Assembly: GCA_964479125.1 (NCBI GenBank)
Contig: CAYZJK010000002.1
Span: forward strand, 1 to 56,415
From: an uncultured Candidatus Saccharibacteria bacterium
Lineage (GTDB): Bacteria > Patescibacteriota > Saccharimonadia > Saccharimonadales > Saccharimonadaceae
DNA length: 56,415 nucleotides
Direction of reading: 5' to 3'
Shown here: one piece after another, positions 1 through 6,960 of the stretch
Position numbering within the stretch: the stretch's first letter is position 1
How the letters are laid out: each line of letters begins with the position of its first letter
The notes under the pieces: model-generated
Seen by the model: the letters and a program-made list of their open reading frames with translations, nothing else
Told to the model about the DNA's origin: nothing
The model's database searches: none
Position numbers and translations under genes: made by a program

Positions 1-734
1 AACCAGAACCAGAGCCGGAACCCTACCCCACAGCGACTGCAGCTAGTTGCTTTACATTTGACTCTAGTACTGGAACTATTACAGACTACTCAAACAATGC
101 TGAATGTCCGAAGGTTGTCATAATACCGAAAGAGATAGGAGGTAGGGCAGTGACAAGTATAGGGAGTTATGCGCTTAATTATAACCAGCTCACTAGCGTC
201 ACTATACCCAATTCCGTGACAAGTATAGGGAGTGGTGCGTTTGAGTTTAACCAGCTCACTAGCGTCACTATACCCAACTCCGTGACAAGTATAGGGGATT
301 ATGCGTTTCGTGATAACCAGCTCACCAGCGTCACTATACCCAATTCCGTGACAAGTATAGGGTATACTGCCTTTCGTAATAACCAGCTCACTAGCGTCAC
401 TATACCCAATTCTGTGACAAGTATAAGGGGTTCTGCCTTTCGTAATAACCAGCTCACTAGCGTCACTATACCCAATTCTGTGACAAGTATAGGGAGTTAT
501 GCGCTTGGTTATAACCAGCTCACCAGCGTCACTATACCCAATTCTGTGACAAGTATAGGGAGTGATGCGTTTCGTAATAACCAGCTCACTAGCGTCACTA
601 TACCCAATTCCGTGACAAGTATAGAGAGTTATGCGTTTTATAATAATCCAAACATAACCTGCCGCATACCAAATTCAGCACCATATAACCCGCTAAGTCC
701 TAATATTAACTGCTCTTCTATCGAGAGGTACTAA
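1..734 (+). CDS. BspA-type leucine-rich-repeat surface protein, 5'-truncated by the window edge
   Basis: Frame 3 is open from nt 3 ([54 protein letters not shown]...), so the GTG at 150 in the ORF track is internal. There are seven full 22-aa repeats [22 protein letters not shown] plus degenerate flanking copies, typical of BspA/LRR_5-type repeats. Stop TAA at 732-734. Confidence 0.8.
   Translation, partial: PEPEPEPYPTATAASCFTFDSSTGTITDYSNNAECPKVVIIPKEIGGRAVTSIGSYALNYNQLTSVTIPNSVTSIGSGAFEFNQLTSVTIPNSVTSIGDYAFRDNQLTSVTIPNSVTSIGYTAFRNNQLTSVTIPNSVTSIRGSAFRNNQLTSVTIPNSVTSIGSYALGYNQLTSVTIPNSVTSIGSDAFRNNQLTSVTIPNSVTSIESYAFYNNPNITCRIPNSAPYNPLSPNINCSSIERY
183..644. repeat. Tandem 66-bp coding repeat, 7 near-identical copies (LRR units), with degenerate copies flanking at about 117-182 and 645-700
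   Basis: AACCAGCTCAC(T/C)AGCGTCACTATACCCAA(T/C)TC(C/T)GTGACAAGTATAG... restarts at 183, 249, 315, 381, 447, 513 and 579, an exact 66-nt period. Differences cluster in the last ~20 nt of each unit. Confidence 0.95.
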
Positions 735-1176
735 TCCTCTCTGACTCTAGAGAGAATATTCAGCAGATCGGCATCTCTGCCTAGGCTCTAGGATAAGAAG
801 CCGAATTCCACCTAACTACATTGCCTTTAATATCATCATCCTACCGTCTCTTCTTACGCTATAAGTAGAAGAGATACAATAGATTAACCCGTATGCGTAA
901 AGTCCGCTTGTTTCAAAAAAGCTCCAATCGGTTACTTTTTGAGAGATTTCATGACTCCATAATCTGGCAACTTGATCTAGAGATATTTATCTCATCAGCC
1001 CTGGTGGATTGGTAGTTTTGAAGGGTTCGGCGGCGCTTAATAACACCTCGTATATGTTGCGTGATGCCTGGCGTACCAACATTATTTTTAATAACCATCT
1101 CTGTAAATTGAGTTGGTTATTTTATACCCTGAATGAAATGCAAAACCTATAGAGCGTATACGTAACACTGTTGTGC

Positions 1177-1185
1177 TGATATACT
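1177..1185 (+). promoter_or_regulatory. Extended -10 box TGATATACT, 8 nt upstream of the ABC ATPase ATG (leaderless-type arrangement)
   Basis: TGATATACT at 1177-1185. There is no Shine-Dalgarno sequence between it and ATG 1194. Confidence 0.4.
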
Positions 1186-1193
1186 AAAATCCA

Positions 1194-2108
1194 ATGACAG
1201 CTGCGATATCAGTTAAAAACCTTATTAAAAACTATGGCGAAGCGCAGGTAGTGCGCGATATTTCGTTCGAAGTACCGACCGGGTCTGTCTTCGCTTTTTT
1301 AGGGACAAATGGAGCAGGTAAAAGCACAACTATCAACTGCATAGTGACGACACTGCAACCTACAAGTGGAGCGATTTATGTTAATGGAAACAAAATCGGC
1401 AAAGACGACGCAGTAATTAAAAAAGATATAGGCGTGGTTTTCCAATCGTCGCTTTTAGATCCCCTTTTAACCGTTCGCGAAAACCTTGCAGTCCGAGGCG
1501 CTATGTATATAGGTGCATCCAGTATGAGAAATCGAATTGTTGAGCTTGTTGAGCTTGTTGATATGGCTGAATTTATTGATCAAAGATATGGAAAGCTATC
1601 AGGCGGACAAAAGCGTAGAGCAGATATCGCTCGAGCACTCCTCCATAACCCATCGATACTCTTCTTGGATGAACCAACAACAGGCCTTGATCCCCAGAGT
1701 CGTGAAAATGTATGGCAACTTATACGCACTCTGCAGAAAAAACAGGGAAAGACCGTATTTTTGACTACCCACTACATGGAAGAGACCGAAAATGCAGACA
1801 TGGTAGCTATTCTTAATCGAGGCAGAATAGTTTCAACAGGAACCCCCCAATCGTTACGCGCCGATTACAGTAGGAATATACTTCGATTAGATGCTAAAGA
1901 TAGCGGATTATTGGCTGATGCGTTAAAGAAACATGCAATACCGTTTTCTATAATCGAAGGTGGTGTATTTGAGATAAACCCAGAATCAAGCCATGTAGCG
2001 CTTGAAATGTTAAATACATTGAACCCCTTTTTAAAAGACTTTGAGTTTAGGCATGGGAATATGGACGATGTATTCCTAAAACTGGCCGAAGGGAATGTTT
2101 TACTATGA
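1194..2108 (+). CDS. ABC transporter ATP-binding protein (ABC-2/DrrA-type exporter)
   Basis: Walker A GTNGAGKST, ABC signature LSGGQKRR, Walker B ILFLDEPTTGLD, H-loop TTHYM. The stop overlaps the next start (ATGA at 2105). Confidence 0.9.
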   Translation: MTAAISVKNLIKNYGEAQVVRDISFEVPTGSVFAFLGTNGAGKSTTINCIVTTLQPTSGAIYVNGNKIGKDDAVIKKDIGVVFQSSLLDPLLTVRENLAVRGAMYIGASSMRNRIVELVELVDMAEFIDQRYGKLSGGQKRRADIARALLHNPSILFLDEPTTGLDPQSRENVWQLIRTLQKKQGKTVFLTTHYMEETENADMVAILNRGRIVSTGTPQSLRADYSRNILRLDAKDSGLLADALKKHAIPFSIIEGGVFEINPESSHVALEMLNTLNPFLKDFEFRHGNMDDVFLKLAEGNVLL

Positions 2109-2980
2109 ACAGCCTAGTAGTACGGCATCTGCGAGTATTCTTTAGAGATAAAGGAAGTGTATTTTTTGCACTTCTCTCGTCGATAGTAATGTTCGCATTG
2201 TATATATTCTTTCTCGGAAGCATTCAGGCCGACAGTCTTCAAGACGGAGTAGCTACGCTATCGAATAACCTAGCGAATAATTTCGTTAACTCGTGGGTAT
2301 TTGCCGGTATTATAACTATCACAGCTGTTACAACGAGTCTTGCGGCTTTTAGTGTATTTATTAGCGACCGCGCAGAAGGGAGATTGAAAGATTACGCAGT
2401 TTCACCAATAGCCAGGTGGAAACTAACGCTCAGCTATATAGTTGCTTCAATTATTATTTCATCGCTACTTACGATACTCACTGCTGTACTGGGGCAAGTA
2501 TATCTACTTTTCTCCGGTGGAGAATTTATTGGTCTCGAAAATTCATTACAGTTGATACCACTTCTCGTTTTCCTGTCTGCAGTATTTTCATCATTCGCGT
2601 GTCTTATTACGACATTCGTTAAAACGTCGGCCGCCTTCACCTCTTTGAGTATTATTATCGGAACAAGCGTTGGTTTTCTGGCGGGTATTTATGTGCCGGT
2701 AGGCTCCCTGCCATCTGGTGTAGCTAATGTAATAAATACACTTCCCTTTGCGCAGGCAGCGACGCTTACCAGGCAACCTTTTGCTACTGATACTTTAATG
2801 CAAATAAGCCAAGGTAGCGGTGCGCAAACGGAGGCGCTAAAAGACATGTATGGATTTAATATAGCCGTTGGGGATGCCACTCTCTCGACGATGACGTTAC
2901 TATTGCTTCTAACTGGCTTGGCTGTAATCTGCTTGGCAATTGCTGTAGTTAGAATGGCGAGGGTCTTGAAAACTGTCTAG
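2105..2980 (+). CDS. ABC-2 type transporter permease
   Basis: 291 aa with about six hydrophobic helices, translationally coupled to the upstream ATPase. Confidence 0.8.
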   Translation: MNSLVVRHLRVFFRDKGSVFFALLSSIVMFALYIFFLGSIQADSLQDGVATLSNNLANNFVNSWVFAGIITITAVTTSLAAFSVFISDRAEGRLKDYAVSPIARWKLTLSYIVASIIISSLLTILTAVLGQVYLLFSGGEFIGLENSLQLIPLLVFLSAVFSSFACLITTFVKTSAAFTSLSIIIGTSVGFLAGIYVPVGSLPSGVANVINTLPFAQAATLTRQPFATDTLMQISQGSGAQTEALKDMYGFNIAVGDATLSTMTLLLLLTGLAVICLAIAVVRMARVLKTV

Positions 2981-3034
2981 TCATTGACTATGGAGGTTTT
3001 GAGTTCTCCCAGTAGTGTATACCATACATGAAAC

Positions 3035-3060
3035 AGCGTCCTCTAAAGGGGCGTTTTTTC
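3035..3060 (+). terminator. Rho-independent terminator after the ABC operon
   Basis: AGCGTCC-tctaaag-GGGCGTT forms a 7-bp stem including G-U pairs, followed by a T-run (3054-3059). Confidence 0.5.
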
Positions 3061-3075
3061 TTTTGTTTATTTAGT

Positions 3076-3120
3076 ATATGTTCAAATGAACACTTATTGA
3101 ACATATATTGAACATATAAT
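3076..3120 (+). promoter_or_regulatory. Operator-like repeats overlapping the putative fic promoter
   Basis: ATATGTTCAA (3076-3085) is the inverted copy of TTGAACATAT, which occurs twice as an 11-bp tandem ATTGAACATAT (3096-3106 and 3107-3117). A TATAAT hexamer lies at 3115-3120. Confidence 0.4.
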
Positions 3121-3177
3121 TATGGATTCGATTATTTTAAATCAACCAAGTTATAAAAATTTCCTAAAACAGAGTTT

Positions 3178-4485
3178 ATGGCTAAATTCCTTTCTGGCGG
3201 TTCGAGCTCTTTGAATGCCTATATTAGTAGTATAGATAGTCCAAGGTACTTATTTTGGGATAAAGCAATGTATAAACAGGTTCCTGGTGATTATACATCT
3301 CAAGAAGCATGGCTTACAGCAAAGCTTCTTAGGAAGATTAAGTCTGTGCCCTCTCCAGTTATTGATGAGGATGGCCAACCTTATACGTACAGTAAGCTAT
3401 CTCATTTCGAGAGATCTTTACATATGATTGACCTTAAGATAGGTGGCAAGTTTATCGTAGGTAGCAATACAAGTGAAGAAAAGCAAAAGTTTATGACTAG
3501 GGGAATAATTGAAGAGGCGATAGCGTCTAGTCAGTTAGAAGGTGCCAGTACAACAAGAAAATATGCCAAAAAAATGATTGCAGAAAAAAAGAAACCTAGG
3601 ACAACTTCTGAAAAGATGATTTATAACAATTATATTACCATGTCTGCCATAGAGGAGGAGTTTAAAAACAAAGAGTTGTCAGTAGAGTTACTACTTGAAA
3701 TGCATACTATGCTTACTCAGGATACACTGGATGATCCTGCGGATGTCGGTAGAATACGTAACGAGGGTGACTTAATTAGTGTTATATACCAAGAAGAAAT
3801 TGCACACACAGCTCCAGATAGAGATTTTGTAGACGAACATTTAAAAAGACTAATTAGCTATGCTAATGATGATAGTGAATTTATTCATCCTATAATCAAG
3901 GCTAGTATATTACATTTTTGGATGGGGTACCTGCACCCTTTTGCAGATGGAAATGGTAGGATGGCTAGATCTATATTCTATTGGTACCTTTTCAAGAACG
4001 ACTACTGGGGTGTAGCTTTTGTACCTATATCTATGATTCTCAAAAGGGCTAAAAAACAATATACATATGCCTATATTTATTCTGAACAGGATAATAAGGA
4101 TTTGACTTACTTTATTGATTTCTCCATTCGTAAGATAATACTAGCCCTTAGTGAGTTTGAAGAATATGTAAAAAGTCTTGAAGATGAGAATAAATCTATA
4201 GATGTTTTAATCGGTAGAAATATCACTCTAAATGATAGACAGAAACAGATAATCTACTTTTTAATTAAGGATGTAACTAACTTCACTTCAGAGCTATCGC
4301 ATCGTACTATGAATGGAATAGCTAGAAATACTGCTCGTTCAGATATTAAAAAACTCCTCAACGAAAACTTAGTAGTTGCACAGAAAGAAGGTAGGACTGT
4401 TAAGTATTACGCCTCTGAAAAGCTTATAGAGATGGCTGGAGGGAAGGTTGATGAGCTACAGAGAGTGGATGGGGGGTTATGCTAG
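3178..4485 (+). CDS. Fic family protein (AMPylase-type, class II autoinhibited) with a C-terminal winged-helix-like domain
   Basis: Canonical Fic motif HPFADGNGRMAR (HxFx[DE]GNGRxxR). Upstream inhibitory-helix motif SSQLEG ([ST]xxxE[GN]). C-terminal ~90 aa (RQKQIIYFL...ARSDIKKLLNENLVVAQKEGRTVKY) looks like a wHTH. Confidence 0.85.
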   Translation: MAKFLSGGSSSLNAYISSIDSPRYLFWDKAMYKQVPGDYTSQEAWLTAKLLRKIKSVPSPVIDEDGQPYTYSKLSHFERSLHMIDLKIGGKFIVGSNTSEEKQKFMTRGIIEEAIASSQLEGASTTRKYAKKMIAEKKKPRTTSEKMIYNNYITMSAIEEEFKNKELSVELLLEMHTMLTQDTLDDPADVGRIRNEGDLISVIYQEEIAHTAPDRDFVDEHLKRLISYANDDSEFIHPIIKASILHFWMGYLHPFADGNGRMARSIFYWYLFKNDYWGVAFVPISMILKRAKKQYTYAYIYSEQDNKDLTYFIDFSIRKIILALSEFEEYVKSLEDENKSIDVLIGRNITLNDRQKQIIYFLIKDVTNFTSELSHRTMNGIARNTARSDIKKLLNENLVVAQKEGRTVKYYASEKLIEMAGGKVDELQRVDGGLC

Positions 4486-4634
4486 TAATGATGATTCTTC
4501 CCAGCAGGTTTTGTTTGACGAAGATATTCTGTAATTAGCTTATGACTCATATATGAGCTAGATAGATAGCTGTCTATAACTATATTATTTTGATTGATTC
4601 ATTACATTAAGTGCAATAGGTGGAGTTGATAAAT

Positions 4635-5021
4635 TTAATCTTCCACGGATGACAGTAGTGCTTCCCATAAATCTTCTTCACTATCAAAATCAAGGCTGCT
4701 ACCATACATTTGGTCGCGAACTTTTTCTCTGTAGAGATCTAAAGTTAAAGGACTGAGGCGGTAAGCTTTATTCGACTTAGAGTTAGTAAACTTAATTGTT
4801 CCATCTGACTCTAAATTTGTATCAGAAATGATAAATTGGCGATACTTCTCGGTATCGAACCACTCGATATAATTTTCTCGAACTTTAACATCGACAGCCA
4901 CTAGTACTGTGTCGTCAGGTTTTTCGTCCTGAGAAACTGACTCTACGTAGTAAGCAGGGTGGGTAATAATAGGCTCTAATTCCTGATCTTCACGGTTTAT
5001 TTTATTACTCATGTTCTCCAT
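4635..5021 (-). CDS. Hypothetical small acidic protein, partner of the upstream 509-aa ORF
   Basis: 128 aa with about 29 D/E versus 14 K/R. It starts 1 nt (ATG 5021) or 10 nt (ATG 5012) after the stop of the 509-aa ORF, and an AGGA/GGAG purine tract overlaps that stop. No motif recognised. Confidence 0.7.
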   Translation of the reverse strand: MENMSNKINREDQELEPIITHPAYYVESVSQDEKPDDTVLVAVDVKVRENYIEWFDTEKYRQFIISDTNLESDGTIKFTNSKSNKAYRLSPLTLDLYREKVRDQMYGSSLDFDSEEDLWEALLSSVED

Positions 5022-5022
5022 C

Positions 5023-6552
5023 CTATTTAATTAGCGCTTTCTGTTGTTCATTGGTCTCGAGGTATTCAAGATCTTCTTCATTTAAAGGAATGTGCAGACG
5101 TTCAGGTGAAGTGGTTGAAAGTTGGTATTCTAAGAGGCTATCTAACTCAGTCCATCCTTGAGCCGAACGGTTGTAATATTCATCCTCACGGCGAGGAGGT
5201 CGACCGTTGGATATATCGATTATCTGAGACACTTTATCGGCAACGTGAACAAAGTCTTCTACCAGTATATTGTTCACTTCTTCAACACCCTGGTTTTGTA
5301 GCATTAATACAACCGATCGTTTAGCGGCGATATCTGGTACGGCGATACCAGCAATTGATTCAACAGCTATGCCAGTACGATACATTTGTTCGTTAGTACA
5401 TAATTCTTTATAGCCAGTATTATTTAAGTGTTTAAATAATTGATCCGGTGTTAGGCGACTGTTGAACACCTCCGGGTCGGTAGACCCTTTCATATCGTCG
5501 TCATAGGCATACCAGTCAGTACGGTCGGTAATATCAGGCTTGATGGCTAGGATGATGTCGTTTTTATATATTGAGGCGTCATTCCTCTTATCGGCCACGC
5601 TCTTTTCGGTTACAGTTCGTACAAATACGTTATCGGCGCCGCCGGTCTTAAGGTCAAGTAGGGAAGAGATGCCAATGGTTTTAACACCACGCTTAAATCG
5701 TTCGTGAGTAGACATGAGGCCATTAGTTAAAAGTTTAGGTAGAACAGATGGGTCAGCTACCTTATGTAGAATTCCAAACTCACCATACTTTTCTTGGTAC
5801 TCCTTACTCTTACCTGGTTGGGTGATGGTTGTGTAGCCTGGAAAAACTTCTGTACGAGTAAGGTTCTCAGGTGTGGGGTGTTTAATTGATTTAAGTTCGT
5901 CGATTCGGTGGTGCCAATTGTATCGGGCTTTCTTATACTCTTGCTCCGCATCTAGATTAGGATTAGTAAAAGCTTCCTCGATGCCAAGTAGGTTAGTCAT
6001 GGCGTCGTCTAGTCTGATGCCAATTTCTTCATTGGTTAGTCGATCACCCTGTTCATTAAGTTCTGGTAGTTCGATATTTACGACGCTGTTTACAGTTCGC
6101 CAGTCCGGACTTTTGGTTGCGATGGCAATGCTTAGGCCGTTTGCGTTGACAAAAATAGCTTCAGTGGTAGGAATGTTGATATCGTCCTGTCCGTCTTTGC
6201 TTTTGGCAAAGTAATTAAACTCTGTGATTTGAGTGTTAGGCAGTTCGGATAGTTTATCGTGAATCTGATTGTAAGCTTCGGCGGTAAGCTTGAAGGTTAA
6301 CTCTGTGCCTCGCTCAGTCTTAATAAAGCTTAACTGTTGGCCTTCGATATGATTACTATCGCCAACTATTGTTTCCTTAGGGCTAATTGTTTCACCGTCA
6401 ATGGCTTTGTATTCAAGGTTGTCTAGAGCATTCTTAGCAGCTTGGGCGCTTTCGGTGAGTGGAAGGTGATCGTAGGTATTGAAATAGTCTCCATGTCTTG
6501 GAGAGTCGTCTCGGTCCATTAGATCGGCATAGCTGTTAAGTTTTTCAGACAT
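5023..6552 (-). CDS. Hypothetical 509-aa cytoplasmic protein; central region has an ADP-ribosyltransferase-like motif order (tentative)
   Basis: Long uninterrupted ORF with no signal peptide or TM. Motifs FGILH263KVADPSVLPKLLTNGLMS, GADNVF310VRT and CTNE388QMYRTGI have the spacing seen in H-Y-E ART folds (DarT/Tpt1/PARP-like). This was matched by eye only. Confidence 0.75.
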   Translation of the reverse strand: MSEKLNSYADLMDRDDSPRHGDYFNTYDHLPLTESAQAAKNALDNLEYKAIDGETISPKETIVGDSNHIEGQQLSFIKTERGTELTFKLTAEAYNQIHDKLSELPNTQITEFNYFAKSKDGQDDINIPTTEAIFVNANGLSIAIATKSPDWRTVNSVVNIELPELNEQGDRLTNEEIGIRLDDAMTNLLGIEEAFTNPNLDAEQEYKKARYNWHHRIDELKSIKHPTPENLTRTEVFPGYTTITQPGKSKEYQEKYGEFGILHKVADPSVLPKLLTNGLMSTHERFKRGVKTIGISSLLDLKTGGADNVFVRTVTEKSVADKRNDASIYKNDIILAIKPDITDRTDWYAYDDDMKGSTDPEVFNSRLTPDQLFKHLNNTGYKELCTNEQMYRTGIAVESIAGIAVPDIAAKRSVVLMLQNQGVEEVNNILVEDFVHVADKVSQIIDISNGRPPRREDEYYNRSAQGWTELDSLLEYQLSTTSPERLHIPLNEEDLEYLETNEQQKALIK

Positions 6553-6745
6553 TTTTTAATTTTTGTTTTTTGATTTATTAGTGAATTAAACTTATCATAA
6601 AACATAAGCTTTGTCAAATTCAGGCGTAGTAAAGTGCCTATTTTAGGCTGAAATTCTTGATCTTTTGACTACTAGGTGAAGTACTAAGCCTATATCACCA
6701 CTAAATACGAAAATGTCCATATATAGCGTAGCTGTTTATCCACAG

Positions 6746-6860
6746 ACACTATATCTATGCACTACTGTAATTGTGTATGTAGTGAAAAGTACCCCATAAA
6801 TGCTTGAATCTATATATCTAGTGGAGTATTATTAAGTGTAGACACTAAATACGCAGTGTG
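6746..6860 (+). promoter_or_regulatory. nrdA promoter (TTGAAT-17-TATTAT) with three NrdR-box-like AT-rich palindromes
   Basis: -35 TTGAAT at 6804-6809, 17-nt spacer, -10 TATTAT at 6827-6832. Box A is ACACTATATCTATGCA (6746-6761). Box B on the complement is CCACTAGATATATAGA (6809-6824), exactly filling the spacer. Box C is ACACTAAATACGCAGTGT (6842-6859). A-B centre distance is 63 nt. Confidence 0.5.
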
Positions 6861-6960
6861 AAAAAGATAAAACAAACATTTTTGGCGGGATAGAGAGGCC
6901 GTGAGGTCTTTTTTTATACCCAGAATGGGTGTGAGACATAAGTTTTAAGAGGGGGACTTA

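Noticed and set aside
183-644. Regularly spaced 66-bp repeats that might superficially suggest a CRISPR array.
   Set aside because: The repeats are contiguous with no unique spacers. They are in frame and encode canonical LRR units of a long ORF. No cas genes are present.
1537-2880. Nested ORFs inside the ABC ATPase and permease genes (75, 68, 68, 61 and 63 aa).
   Set aside because: They are entirely within well-supported longer genes and have no independent signals.
5106-6214. Antisense ORFs (72 and 113 aa, + strand; 64 aa alternative frame) within the 509-aa gene.
   Set aside because: They are fully nested in a much longer ORF, have no RBS or promoter, and have a skewed Ser/Leu composition typical of antisense reading.
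6553-6960. A cobalamin riboswitch or other large riboswitch in the 408-nt nrdA upstream region.
   Set aside because: No B12-box-like GCCACTG core was seen, and the enzyme is class I with an R2 partner. The region is better explained by a promoter plus NrdR-box-like palindromes.
2981-6960. A mobile genetic element (integrative island) carrying fic and the orphan cassette.
   Set aside because: No integrase, transposase or recombinase, no tRNA attachment site, and no flanking direct or inverted repeats were detected by eye. It is kept only as a compositionally odd accessory pocket.
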